This document shows positions 10,870 to 24,842 of a DNA stretch of 64,000 nt, in pieces. Both the position numbers and the translations under genes were made by a program. The first letter of the stretch is position 1. The number at the start of each line of letters is the position of its first letter. The notes under the pieces are model-generated. The model was not told where the DNA came from. It did no database searches and saw only the letters and a program-made list of their open reading frames with translations. The stretch covers positions 32,001 to 96,000 of the forward strand of contig JBCBZJ010000001.1 in NCBI GenBank assembly GCA_039815375.1, read 5' to 3'. The DNA comes from Verrucomicrobiota bacterium. Lineage in GTDB: Bacteria > Verrucomicrobiota > Verrucomicrobiia > Opitutales > Coraliomargaritaceae.

Positions 10870-10977
10870 TTCAAACGATGCTGTCGTTGCTTGTCTTTTG
10901 ACGGCCATGGTTTTTGTTTTCACTTTTTGCTGTGCCGTCGTTCGAGCCAGTGAATTTGGTAAGAATTGAATAATGCT

Positions 10978-11736
10978 ATGACTACATCCTCCAGACCGGT
11001 CCTTCTCGGTGTTAACGTCGACCACTGCGCGACGGTGCGTCAGGCGCGTTATCGGAGTCATCCGCTTGATTACGGTCAAGAGGTTGAGCCGGACCCGGTG
11101 GCTTTTGCCCTTGCCTGTGAAGCAGCAGGGGCTGATGGCATCACGATGCATCTGCGTGAGGATCGTCGGCATGTTCAGGATTCCGATGTCCAGCGTGCGC
11201 GGGAGCAAATTTCAACCCGCCTTAACCTCGAGATGGCCTGCACGCCCGAGATGATCGAGTATGCGCTCGTGCTCAAGCCGGACTCGGTTTGCCTCGTTCC
11301 CGAGAGTCGTGAGGAGATTACCACGGAAGGAGGCCTGGACGTTGTTGGGCAGAAAGCACGTGTCGGCGAGGTTGTTTCTGCGATGAATGATGCAGGTATC
11401 ACGACGAGTTTGTTCATTGATCCGGATCCATCCCAAATCGAAGCTGCGGCGGAGTTGGAGAGCCCTTGGATCGAATTACACACCGGAGCCTATGCTAACG
11501 CTTATTATCATGAGGGGCGGGCGGCTGAATTTGAGACGCTGCGTATCGGCGCCGAGCTGGGACATCAACTGGATCTTGTCGTTAACGCCGGCCATGGGAT
11601 CAATTACACCAACATCAGCGAAGTCATGACTTTACCGCATTTGCACGAACTTAATATTGGTCATACGATCATTAGTCGGGCTCTGACCGTCGGTATTACT
11701 CAGGCGGTGAAAGAGATGAAAGCCTTTCTCTTGTAA
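10978..11736 (+). CDS. pdxJ: Pyridoxine 5'-phosphate synthase
   Basis: LGVNVDH, HLREDRRH, VNAGHG, ELNIGH. Confidence 0.97.
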   Translation: MTTSSRPVLLGVNVDHCATVRQARYRSHPLDYGQEVEPDPVAFALACEAAGADGITMHLREDRRHVQDSDVQRAREQISTRLNLEMACTPEMIEYALVLKPDSVCLVPESREEITTEGGLDVVGQKARVGEVVSAMNDAGITTSLFIDPDPSQIEAAAELESPWIELHTGAYANAYYHEGRAAEFETLRIGAELGHQLDLVVNAGHGINYTNISEVMTLPHLHELNIGHTIISRALTVGITQAVKEMKAFLL

Positions 11737-11764
11737 ATCCGGCTGTCGTTCATATCCCGGAAAG

Positions 11765-13345
11765 ATGCGCGCATTGGCCCATGCACATCCTGTTTTGAGC
11801 TGTCAGCAGTCTCGCGAGTTGGAGGCTGCGGTTCTGCCGGATGATAGCGCGGCCTGGGAAGCAATGCGGAAGGCGGGCAGAGGCATCGCCATGGCGTTGG
11901 TTCGCGACTATCAGGAGTTGCAGCCGGTCCCGGATCATCTTCGTGTTTTGGCGCTTTTAGGCAAAGGGAACAACGCGGGCGATGCACTCATCGCTTGCGG
12001 CCGGCTTCTCGCCGAATTCCCCCGGGCGCAAGTTGCTCTCATCCTAACGGTTCCTGCGGATAATTTAAAACCTCTTGCTGCGCGAGCACTGCAGGAGCTC
12101 GAAGGGCGGGTCAAACTCCATCGCTTTGAGTCCGGGACTACTGAAGATGCTCAAAAGTTGCTGCAGGCGATCTTTGGGAGTGGTGGTTACCACATTTGTA
12201 TCGACGGCCTTGTCGGTATGGACTTTCAGCCGCCTCTGCGGGAGCCGCTTCCGGCTTTGATCCAGGCGGTCAATGACAGTGATTCGATTGATCTGATGGC
12301 GGCCGTTGATCTGCCTTCGGGGTGTGGGGATCTTTCGGACGAAATCAGGTTTGCCACCGATTTCACCTACGCGACGGGTATTGCAAAGAAACCGCTTTTC
12401 AAGGGTATTGCCGAGTGTGGGCGGGTGAGATACATCGACCTGGAATTTTTCGATACGCCGGCAGGGCAGGCGCTGGATGAAGCAGAACTCATATTGCGGC
12501 CGGAAGTTCTCAAGCCACTCAAGCGCCTGCGTCCGGCTTATGTGGATAAGCGCACGTTCGGGCATCTTTATATTGTTGGCGGTTCCGCCCACATGCCGGG
12601 CGCCTTGCTAATGTCGGTGCAGGCAGCTGTGCGCTCCGGTGTCGGACTGGTAACTGCGTTCGCGCCTCAGTCGGTTGCGGCAGCGCTTTCTGCTCAAGTT
12701 CCTGAAGCGATGTGGATTCCATGGCCGGAGACTTCAAACGGGACGCTGAGCCCGGATGCATTGCCACTTTTGACAGATCGCATCGGCAGTGCCAGTGCGG
12801 TTCTTCTCGGTCCCGGATTTGGACGTGATCAGCATACGGAACTGCTCGCTCAGGAGATCGTGAAGTATGCCGAACTGCCGATGGTTCTCGATGCAGATGC
12901 CCTGCAACCCCGAGTGGTCGAGATTGCACAGGAGAGAGAGTCGGGATGGGGCGAAGTTGTGATCACACCGCATATGGGAGAGTTCATGCGTGTCGCGAAG
13001 ATTCATGAGCCTGACTACCGCCCGGAGACGCTGCAGGAGTTTTCCAGAATCTACCGTGTCACGACTCTCCTAAAAGGAGCGAATACAAGAATCTGCAATG
13101 GAGAGGCGATCCTTTACAACACGACAGGAGGTCCGGTCCTTTCCCGCGGTGGAAGCGGTGACCTTCTGGCGGGAATCATTGGCAGCATGATTGCGCAGAA
13201 TAGCAGCTCTGTGTTTATGGCAGTCGCACGTGGCGTGATGTTACATGGTCTGGCTGCTGAGAGACTGGCTCGTTCCAAGGGCCAGGTTATGGTGCGGACA
13301 ACTCAGTTGTTGGATTACTTTCCACAGGTTTTACGCTCTCTTTGA
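11765..13345 (+). CDS. nnr: Bifunctional NAD(P)HX epimerase/dehydratase
   Basis: GKGNNAGD (YjeF_N domain); VGGSAHMPGA, LDADAL, TPHMGE, GGSGDLLAG (carbohydrate kinase domain). Confidence 0.93.
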   Translation: MRALAHAHPVLSCQQSRELEAAVLPDDSAAWEAMRKAGRGIAMALVRDYQELQPVPDHLRVLALLGKGNNAGDALIACGRLLAEFPRAQVALILTVPADNLKPLAARALQELEGRVKLHRFESGTTEDAQKLLQAIFGSGGYHICIDGLVGMDFQPPLREPLPALIQAVNDSDSIDLMAAVDLPSGCGDLSDEIRFATDFTYATGIAKKPLFKGIAECGRVRYIDLEFFDTPAGQALDEAELILRPEVLKPLKRLRPAYVDKRTFGHLYIVGGSAHMPGALLMSVQAAVRSGVGLVTAFAPQSVAAALSAQVPEAMWIPWPETSNGTLSPDALPLLTDRIGSASAVLLGPGFGRDQHTELLAQEIVKYAELPMVLDADALQPRVVEIAQERESGWGEVVITPHMGEFMRVAKIHEPDYRPETLQEFSRIYRVTTLLKGANTRICNGEAILYNTTGGPVLSRGGSGDLLAGIIGSMIAQNSSSVFMAVARGVMLHGLAAERLARSKGQVMVRTTQLLDYFPQVLRSL

Positions 13346-13404
13346 GTGAATATTGCCTGTAAATAAAAGATTGAGCTAACGGCGTCATGTAAGAGCCTAG
13401 AACT

Positions 13405-14523
13405 GTGTCAGTTTTAATAAATGAGAGTGAGGCTTTGTTGGTGTTAAACGCCTTGCCTCAGATTGGTCCAGTTATGCTGAGGCATCTGATGGATGAATTC
13501 GGTGGTGATGCGATTGCGGTCCTTTCAGCGACCAGAGACAGGCTTTTGAGAGTCAAGGGTGTTGGTGATGTTGCTGCGGACGTTCTCCGTAATTGGGAGA
13601 AGCACTTCGATTTGGCACGAGAGCTGAAGCGTGTGGAGGAATCCGGTATTCGTTTTATCTCTCAGGCTGACGATGCCTATCCATCGCTGCTGCATGAAAT
13701 TTACGACTCGCCGATCGGTTTGTATTGGAAAGGTGAATACATTGTGGATCGCCCCTGTTTGTCGATTGTCGGCACTCGTCGTTCGACTCTCTATGGACGT
13801 GCGACGGCCAAGAAATTTGCAGCTGAATTGGCGAGAATGGGGTTCTGCATTGTTAGTGGAATGGCCCGTGGGACGGATACGGCAGCGCATGAAGGAGCCT
13901 TGGAAGCTGGCGGTAAAACGATTGCGGTTTTCGGCTGCGGTATGGACATCATCTATCCACCCGAGAATTTGGATTTGTATCATCAAATCTCTCAGGAAGG
14001 TGCCGTAGTTAGTGAGTTTCCTTTCGGACGGCGGGCCAGTCGTCAGACCTTCCCGATGCGAAATAGGGTCGTTGCGGGAATGTGTGAGGCCATTATTGTT
14101 ATCGAAAGTGATGTCGCGGGCGGAAGTATGATCACGGCACGCTTTGCCGGCGAGCAGGGCAGGAATGTGATGGCGGTTCCGGGGCGCATCGATCAGTCGA
14201 GCAGTGCCGGTTGCCATCAACTGATTCGCGATGGAGCGACCATGATTACTTCAGTCGACGATATACTTGATGAGCTGAGGTATAAACGTCCGTTTGAGAT
14301 GGAGCTGCCTCTAGAGGTTGATGCTCCTCAAGCGCCCCACACATTGAGTGAGGCTGAGCAAAAAGTGATGCAACTCTTCGCTGGTGGAGAACGACATGCC
14401 CCTGATGCACTTTGTAATACGCTTGGTCTTGGTTCAGCTGAAGTTTCGGCTCTCCTGATGGGACTGGAGCTCAAGCGCCGCGTGGTGAAACGTGTGGATG
14501 GATGTTTCGAGTCCGTTAGCTGA
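13405..14523 (+). CDS. dprA: DNA-processing protein DprA
   Basis: [28 protein letters not shown]-terminal winged helix. Confidence 0.96.
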   Translation: MSVLINESEALLVLNALPQIGPVMLRHLMDEFGGDAIAVLSATRDRLLRVKGVGDVAADVLRNWEKHFDLARELKRVEESGIRFISQADDAYPSLLHEIYDSPIGLYWKGEYIVDRPCLSIVGTRRSTLYGRATAKKFAAELARMGFCIVSGMARGTDTAAHEGALEAGGKTIAVFGCGMDIIYPPENLDLYHQISQEGAVVSEFPFGRRASRQTFPMRNRVVAGMCEAIIVIESDVAGGSMITARFAGEQGRNVMAVPGRIDQSSSAGCHQLIRDGATMITSVDDILDELRYKRPFEMELPLEVDAPQAPHTLSEAEQKVMQLFAGGERHAPDALCNTLGLGSAEVSALLMGLELKRRVVKRVDGCFESVS

Positions 14524-14564
14524 TCCGACTTGCCCAAATAGTTCAGTTTAGACATGATCATAAA

Positions 14565-15077
14565 ATGGACTCTGTATTAGTGCTTACGATCAGTGGTCAA
14601 GACCGGGCGGGTCTCGTCGAGCAATTGGCGGAAGTCATTGCGGCACACAATGGTAACTGGGAGCATTGCCGGATGGCACATCTTGCCGGACGCTTTGTTG
14701 GCCTTTTGGAGGTCACTGTTCACGGGGATCATCAGCAGGACCTCGAAGTAGCGCTTCGGACGATTGAGAATCTCGATGTGATGATCGCTGCCGGAGCAAC
14801 CAAATCCGCCTTGCAGCCGCTTCGCCAATTTAATCTCGAAGTGGTTGGCAGCGACCAGCCGGGTATCGTCCGCGATGTTTTTAAGGCTCTCGCCGCGTCT
14901 GGCGTAAACGTCGAGGAACTCAGCACTCGGGCTTTCAGTGCACCATCGTCTGGCGGACAGTTGTTCGAAGCAAAGGCACGACTCGCCTGCACTGCAGAAG
15001 TAGACCGGGAGGCGATTCGGCAGAGCCTTGAGCAGATCGCTCAGGACATTATGGTCGATATCAAGCTGCTGGACTAG
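14565..15077 (+). CDS. Double-ACT domain protein (GcvR-like)
   Basis: Two ACT repeats: GQDRAGLV and GSDQPGIV. Confidence 0.85.
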   Translation: MDSVLVLTISGQDRAGLVEQLAEVIAAHNGNWEHCRMAHLAGRFVGLLEVTVHGDHQQDLEVALRTIENLDVMIAAGATKSALQPLRQFNLEVVGSDQPGIVRDVFKALAASGVNVEELSTRAFSAPSSGGQLFEAKARLACTAEVDREAIRQSLEQIAQDIMVDIKLLD

Positions 15078-15149
15078 TTTGCTGAAGCCAGTATCCACCG
15101 TTGCCTGCCGGGCTTATGACTGGCGGATCTTAGCTGCCCGAACGCCGGC

Positions 15150-18851
<3,702 letters not shown>

Positions 18852-18914
18852 CAGTCATTCCAGACTGAGGGTGCCGAAACGGGATGCAAGGAGAAGCGTT
18901 TCGTAGCTGGAAAA

Positions 18915-19628
18915 TCAACGCCGCTCGATCCATTCGGAGCTGCTGAATTTCTCTTTCTCGCGCTGGATGGCTTCGTTACTAAAAAAAAGACGGAGATCTT
19001 CGGGCTGTTCCAGGGTCAGTTTGAGCGAGATCAAGATTGCTTCGATAAAATCATTTCGGAAAGATTGGAAATCCAATGTTTCGGGTAGCGCTGCGCGGTC
19101 GATGGAGCCTTGTATGAGAAGGCCTTTGCGCGTGCGTTTCATGGCAGCACCGGCGATTTTTCGTCCATCAGCAGTAAGCACGTCGTTTATGACGGGTTGG
19201 ATGAAACACTGGTCTGGGCCATCTGTCTCGGCGGGTGCTTCTTCGCATTTGCGGGGACAGGGTGCGAGTCGGGTTTCGACACTTTGCTGCAGGAGAGTCG
19301 AGGCAATAGAGCGGTGGACGTTTTCGTATATACTGGTGGAGCTGCCTTGCGCTGCGTCTAATTCGGACTGGAGGATCAAGCTGTAGGTCCAGTCGTCGCG
19401 GTGGTCGACGATGCCGCCGCCTGTGGCGCGTCGACAGAGGGTAGTGCCTTTGGGGCCGGCATTCATTACTTCCTCATATTGCTGGCTGTATCCGAAAGTG
19501 ATGGAAGGTTCCGTCCATCCGTAGTGGCGAAAGAGTGCGGCGCCGGACGGAATGGTATCCAGCAGAGCTGCATCAATCGCCATGTTGGTGAATGCGTCAC
19601 CAAATGTATTTGGCAAAACGACGAGCAT
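18915..19628 (-). CDS. Lipoate-protein ligase/octanoyltransferase (LplA/LipM family)
   Basis: NMAIDAALL, RRATGGGIVDH, RKIAGAA. Confidence 0.88.
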   Translation of the reverse strand: MLVVLPNTFGDAFTNMAIDAALLDTIPSGAALFRHYGWTEPSITFGYSQQYEEVMNAGPKGTTLCRRATGGGIVDHRDDWTYSLILQSELDAAQGSSTSIYENVHRSIASTLLQQSVETRLAPCPRKCEEAPAETDGPDQCFIQPVINDVLTADGRKIAGAAMKRTRKGLLIQGSIDRAALPETLDFQSFRNDFIEAILISLKLTLEQPEDLRLFFSNEAIQREKEKFSSSEWIERR

Positions 19629-20533
19629 TAGGCCTGAAGGGGTTCGACGTAGGTGAGTTCGTCGAGTTGGGCTTCGAAATCGATTGGCTGCACCTTCAGT
19701 TTTCCTGCGATCGGATGGAGATTGAATGTCAGGTTCGACGGGCGTGTGGCATGCTCAGGTTCGTCTTTGATCAAGGCGGATTCAATGCTGTCGAGTGGTA
19801 GACCGAAGTGCTTGAGGATGCGCTGGCCCATTTCGAAGCGACTTAGGGTTTCGCTGCCAGCCCAGTGGAAGAGGCCGTGAAGGTCGCGGCGTTCGGTGAG
19901 CTCAAGCATGACTTCTGCCACGTTACCCGCAGATGCAGGCTGACGAATCTCATCGCAGAAGAGCCGTGGACGTTGGCCGGACTTGATGGTTGCGAGGAGT
20001 TTTTCGTGCACGCTGCGCTGGCCACTGGGGCTGTTGCCCATAAGAATAGGGATCCGGAGGACGACTGGATCTTCGGGGTTGTGCTCAAGGACTTCTCGCT
20101 CAGACATCAATTTTGTTTGCCCGTAGAGATTGGTGGGCGCAGGCATGTCGGTAGAACGGTAAGGCTCTTCAGATTGTCCATCGAAGACCATATCGGTTGA
20201 GATATGAATGAGTCGGGCGCCTAGGTGAGTGGAAAGTTGTGCGAGATGGCGGGGGAGAGCGACGTTGATTTTTTCAGCGAGTTTTGGCTCGGCATCGACG
20301 GATACTGGATTGGAAATTGCAGCACAGTTGACGATGGCATCTGGCCAAAGTTCAAGTATGAGGCTAGTAAGTTCGGTGGTATCTGACAGGTCCTGTTGCA
20401 AAGTGCGGACCAGGCCGGCTGCGGTTGGAGAATTTTGGTTTGCGAGCGCGATGATTTCATGGCCGCGGCGTATCGCGGCTTCGGCGTAGGCATTTCCAAG
20501 GAGTCCAGAGGCTCCGGTCAGCAGAATCTTCAT
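19628..20533 (-). CDS. RmlD-like extended SDR oxidoreductase
   Basis: ILLTGASGLLG, ISTDMVFDG, YGQTK. Confidence 0.88.
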   Translation of the reverse strand: MKILLTGASGLLGNAYAEAAIRRGHEIIALANQNSPTAAGLVRTLQQDLSDTTELTSLILELWPDAIVNCAAISNPVSVDAEPKLAEKINVALPRHLAQLSTHLGARLIHISTDMVFDGQSEEPYRSTDMPAPTNLYGQTKLMSEREVLEHNPEDPVVLRIPILMGNSPSGQRSVHEKLLATIKSGQRPRLFCDEIRQPASAGNVAEVMLELTERRDLHGLFHWAGSETLSRFEMGQRILKHFGLPLDSIESALIKDEPEHATRPSNLTFNLHPIAGKLKVQPIDFEAQLDELTYVEPLQA

Positions 20534-20595
20534 CGTTAAACAGTGGAGTTTTTGTTGCAATCGCATATCCGCAACGCAAGTTCAAAGCCATCTAA

Positions 20596-21693
20596 ATGAA
20601 CTACGCTCAACTTGCGAATCCCGGTGTGCTGAAGCAACCGGTTTATGAGCCCGGAAAGCCAATTGAGTCTGTGGCTCGGGAATATGGACTGGAAATGTCT
20701 GAAATTGCGAAGCTCGCATCGAATGAGAATCCATTTGGTCCTTCGCCGAAAGCGGTCAAGGCCGGTAAATTGGCCATGGAGCAGGCGCATCTTTATCCAG
20801 ATGGCGGTTGCCATGACCTTCGAAAAGCCCTCGCTAATTCCCGCCAGATTTCTGAGAAATCGATCATTATTGGCAATGGCTCGAACGAGATCATCGAGCT
20901 GCTCGGGCACGCTTTTCTCCGGCCGGGCACCGAGGTAGTCATGGGCTCACAGGCCTTTATCGTCTATAAATTGGTGGCGAAACTTTTTGGAGCTACGCCG
21001 GTTGAAGTGGCGATGAAGGATTTTGCGCACGATTTGAAGGCGATGCGTGAAGCGGTGACCGAAAAGACGCGCCTGCTTTTTGTGGCGAGTCCGAATAATC
21101 CGACCGGGGCTGCCAATGAGGAGGCCGAACTTCTCGAGCTTGTCGAAAGTTTACCGGATCATGTGATTTTTTGCTTCGATGAAGCTTATGCGGAGTATTT
21201 GGAAAATGCTCCTGATTTACGAGCGACGATAACAGCAAATCGAAAAGTCATCTGCATGCGGACTTTTTCGAAAATTTACGGGCTCGGTGGTCTGCGTATG
21301 GGTTATGGTTATGGGGACCCGGAGTTGATTGCTCTGCTGCAGCGGGTCCGCCAGCCTTTCAATGCAAATGCGGTTGCGCAGGCGGCTGCGACTGCAGCTC
21401 TTGAGGATGTCGATTTTGTCCAAAAGTGTTGTCTTGAAAATGAGCTGGGTCGGGCGCGGCTTTGCCGAGGTTTGGAAGAATTGGGTGTTGAGACGTTTGG
21501 TGGTGCGGCGAATTTCGTCCTCGCTAAAGTTGGTGATGGTCCGAAGGTTTTTGAACAGTTGCAGGAGCGTGGCATCATTGTTCGCCCGCTCGGACCTTAC
21601 GGTATGCCCGAGTATGTGCGGATTTCCGTCGGGCGCCCGGAGGAAAATGAACGGATACTGGCAACAATGGCCGAGTTGCTTGCCATAGCATGA
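20596..21693 (+). CDS. hisC: Histidinol-phosphate aminotransferase
   Basis: KLASNENPFG, PNNPTG, DEAY, RTFSKIYGLGGLRMGY. Confidence 0.95.
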   Translation: MNYAQLANPGVLKQPVYEPGKPIESVAREYGLEMSEIAKLASNENPFGPSPKAVKAGKLAMEQAHLYPDGGCHDLRKALANSRQISEKSIIIGNGSNEIIELLGHAFLRPGTEVVMGSQAFIVYKLVAKLFGATPVEVAMKDFAHDLKAMREAVTEKTRLLFVASPNNPTGAANEEAELLELVESLPDHVIFCFDEAYAEYLENAPDLRATITANRKVICMRTFSKIYGLGGLRMGYGYGDPELIALLQRVRQPFNANAVAQAAATAALEDVDFVQKCCLENELGRARLCRGLEELGVETFGGAANFVLAKVGDGPKVFEQLQERGIIVRPLGPYGMPEYVRISVGRPEENERILATMAELLAIA

Positions 21694-22973
21694 GCGTAGA
21701 TTGGTCTATCTTCCTGATCTCGTCTCTTGCTGTGGGCACTATGTTTGTGCTGCACGGGTTTATCGTAATGGCTGAGATCAGTCTGATCAAAGTCCGCTAC
21801 GGCGAGGTGGATGACGGGGTTCTTGAATCTTTGAAGGCGCACCAAGGCATCGCGCATTTGATTGAATACAGCGACCTGACCGGACGAGTGGTGCGTTTTA
21901 GTAAAACGCTTTGCACTGTTGCTGTAGGCCTTTTGTTGATACCGTGGATAAGTGATCTGTTTACGCTGCTCAATGTTGAGTCTCTGCCGAATCGCTGGGT
22001 GGTGATCTTCATTGCCTTCGCCTTTGCGGTCTCGGTTCATTTTGTTTTTGCGGAGATTTTCCCGCGCGGCCTTGCCATGCGCGATCCGGTTTCGGGTTTA
22101 CAGCGCTCTTATTGGGTGTTGTTGGTTTTTCAGACGGCGACCTACCCTCTGATGCTCTTTTTTCGAGTGTTGAAGCGGGGTTTGTTTCGTGTGATCGGCG
22201 TCGATCTTGAGGATGAGTTTAACCCTCTTGATCTCGATGTTCAGATTCGGGCTATGGGTGAGGATGGTCAGACCCTATCGGATTTGACCCGCAAGATTAT
22301 GGACCGGACTATGCAGATGAAGGAATTGGTGGTCCACGATGTCCTTTTGCCGCGCAGTCAGGTCGTCATCTGTGATCTAGAGGAAGACATTAAATCAAAT
22401 CTGGAACGCATGAAGGCTGCAGGGCATACGCGTTTTCCGTTATGCAACAGCGATTTAGACGACTGTGTTGGCCTGATTCATATCAAGGATATCTTCCGTT
22501 GGAGGGAGCCGGTTTCACAGATCGATTTGATGAAGCTAAAGCGGAATGTGGCCGTTTTCTCTCTTGAGACGCCTCTCGAGGAGGCCCTCGAGCGCATGCT
22601 CAGAGCCAAATTTCATATGGCCTTGGCTGTAGATGAGTTCGGTGGGGTAGTCGGCGTGGTCACTCTCGAGAGCATTCTGGAAGAATTGGTCGGTGAGATA
22701 CAGGACGAGTTTGATAGCGAGGAGGCCCAGATTGTCGCTTTACCTAAAGGTGGCAGCTTTCGAATATCAGGATTTGCCCCGATACATGATGTAGAAGATG
22801 CGCTCGATCTGGAAATCGAAAACGAGGAAGTCTCAACCTTCGGCGGCCTGATTACAAGAGAGCTTGGAAGGATTCCCGTTAAAGGCGAATCCTTTAAAGC
22901 TTATGGAATGGCAGTGACGCTTGAGCAGGTTGATGAAAGGCGCGTTATTTCCGCCAGAGTAGAGATCTTATAG
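21690..22973 (+). CDS. CNNM/CBS/CorC hemolysin-family membrane protein
   Basis: N-terminal TMs, GHTRFP, VDEFGGVVGVVTLE..LEELVGEIQDEFD. Confidence 0.9.
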   Translation: MSVDWSIFLISSLAVGTMFVLHGFIVMAEISLIKVRYGEVDDGVLESLKAHQGIAHLIEYSDLTGRVVRFSKTLCTVAVGLLLIPWISDLFTLLNVESLPNRWVVIFIAFAFAVSVHFVFAEIFPRGLAMRDPVSGLQRSYWVLLVFQTATYPLMLFFRVLKRGLFRVIGVDLEDEFNPLDLDVQIRAMGEDGQTLSDLTRKIMDRTMQMKELVVHDVLLPRSQVVICDLEEDIKSNLERMKAAGHTRFPLCNSDLDDCVGLIHIKDIFRWREPVSQIDLMKLKRNVAVFSLETPLEEALERMLRAKFHMALAVDEFGGVVGVVTLESILEELVGEIQDEFDSEEAQIVALPKGGSFRISGFAPIHDVEDALDLEIENEEVSTFGGLITRELGRIPVKGESFKAYGMAVTLEQVDERRVISARVEIL

Positions 22974-24641
22974 TTAGCTGTCCTGGCTGATTAGATCTCG
23001 GTTACTTTCACGAAGGATTGCACTCAATTCAAGCAATAGGTTTTCACGATCTGGGGTGAAAATAAAACGATCGCTTCCAATTTTGCGATAGGCTTCCAGT
23101 AGAAGCTCAACCTGAGGGCGGCGCATTTGAAGTAAGCGCGTGAGCAGGCGGTTTAAGTTTTCTGTATTTCCGAGTTGAAGTTCTGCACGAATCAGTTCGG
23201 AAAGAATCTGTTGATTGGTAGGGGCTTGTGTATATGCTATGCTAAGTATTTTCTGAGCTTGTTGATACCTCTCGATGTTTGTAAATCTACGTGCGACCGC
23301 CAGATAAGTTTGCGGCTGATTGCTTTTGTCATCGATAAAGTTCTGAAGGTAAATTTCACCGATATCCGGCCGATTTATGCCGTAGGAAGCTACTGCCCGT
23401 AAGCTATGGAAAATAGCCCAACGTTGCGTCAACCATTGCGGTTTTTCTTTCAGCAGCTCCTCGGCAAATTCTAATGCGCCCGTGTAGTCGCTGTTGACCA
23501 AGTGCGCCTCAATTAGAAGTAGGGCGAAGACGTCGATCGCAAATTCATTCTCAAGCGCCTCCTCGTAGGTGCGCCGAGCGAGTTCGATATTACCGGTGTC
23601 AGCGGCAAAATTCGCTAGCGCTTGCAGGGCCGGTTCGTCTTCGCGGAATTGCTTTAGCATCCGTCTTGTTTCGCGCGTTTCCCTCTCGGTGTCTCCGGTC
23701 TTATTGTAAATGTAGAGGAGTTCAAGCCGTGGGCCTGCGCTCAATGGGTCACTGACATTGCGTAGAATTGCGTAGCGTCTGGCTTCGTCTAGCTCGCCGA
23801 TTTCCCGATGGAATCGACTTAACTGGATGAGTAGCTGTTCGGAATTCGGAAATTTCCTCAAGGAAGCTTCCATTTTCGTGATTGCGGCTATTTTCTCGCC
23901 TCGATCCCAGCTGATTTGTGAGGACAGTAGTAGGCCTTCCTGCGAATCGATCAGGCCGTAGCCCATGATATAGTCATCGGCACGATCATAATTGCCCCTA
24001 AGGTGGTTCGCATTGGCAGCACCGAAGGCCAATGTTCTGTTTCGGGTGTTGATCTCCGGCTCAGAGGGCAGGTATTCGTCTGCCAGAGCCTGAATCTCTT
24101 CATCCTTTTGGTATCGCAGTAAGATCCGAAGAGTATGTTTCAAATAGTCGATGTCATCAATACCACCGTGCTTCAGACCCCTCAGCATCTGATCTATTGC
24201 GATGTCGTGCCGCTTTAGAGCGACCTCATAGAACTCCGCTAGAGCACGGCGCCCCTTGAGGTTTCCCGGTGAGCGGACTACCCCGAGGCGCAACAATCGA
24301 AGTGCGTCACGATACTCGCCGACTTCAACTTTTTCGAGTCCCTTTGCAACGTGATAGTCTCCCATCTCTACACGGTGAGCATCCAGCCCAAATGGAAGTA
24401 GGGTTAACATTTTTATGTAGGAGACTTCCTCGAATTCCTTGTTGTATTTGAAGTGCAGAAATAAAGCAGCCGCAATTCCGAACCAGGCAATAACGCAGCT
24501 TAGGGCAAACGTAACAAAGAGCCTGGTCCAGCGAATGCTGATTTGTAATCGCCCGTCTAAACCTTTTCGCTGCACGGCAAACCCCAGTAGTATGGGCTTT
24601 TCACGGGGAATGGTGCTTTTGGTTTCTGATTTTCTTTTCAT
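22974..24641 (-). CDS. Membrane-anchored TPR-like helical-repeat protein
   Basis: One N-terminal TM then helical repeats; divergent from the export cluster. Confidence 0.7.
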   Translation of the reverse strand: MKRKSETKSTIPREKPILLGFAVQRKGLDGRLQISIRWTRLFVTFALSCVIAWFGIAAALFLHFKYNKEFEEVSYIKMLTLLPFGLDAHRVEMGDYHVAKGLEKVEVGEYRDALRLLRLGVVRSPGNLKGRRALAEFYEVALKRHDIAIDQMLRGLKHGGIDDIDYLKHTLRILLRYQKDEEIQALADEYLPSEPEINTRNRTLAFGAANANHLRGNYDRADDYIMGYGLIDSQEGLLLSSQISWDRGEKIAAITKMEASLRKFPNSEQLLIQLSRFHREIGELDEARRYAILRNVSDPLSAGPRLELLYIYNKTGDTERETRETRRMLKQFREDEPALQALANFAADTGNIELARRTYEEALENEFAIDVFALLLIEAHLVNSDYTGALEFAEELLKEKPQWLTQRWAIFHSLRAVASYGINRPDIGEIYLQNFIDDKSNQPQTYLAVARRFTNIERYQQAQKILSIAYTQAPTNQQILSELIRAELQLGNTENLNRLLTRLLQMRRPQVELLLEAYRKIGSDRFIFTPDRENLLLELSAILRESNRDLISQDS

Positions 24642-24842
24642 AGATGCCGCATTTTCATTGGCCTAATTTTCAGGCTGAATTCGTGATGTTATGTGAACAA
24701 ACTGATCAATAGTCCAAGCATAAATCAGGTAGATTTCGTATTGCAGTCCACCATTTGACCGCTAACTTTAGAAAATAAATAGTATTGAATAACTCTTTCT
24801 CTCCCTCATAAATCATAGCTCACTCTATAATCTGATTGTTCC

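Noticed and set aside
10581..10901. Short ORFs within the MITE-like element as a possible transposase
   Set aside because: They are 64-88 aa with no DDE or HUH motif.
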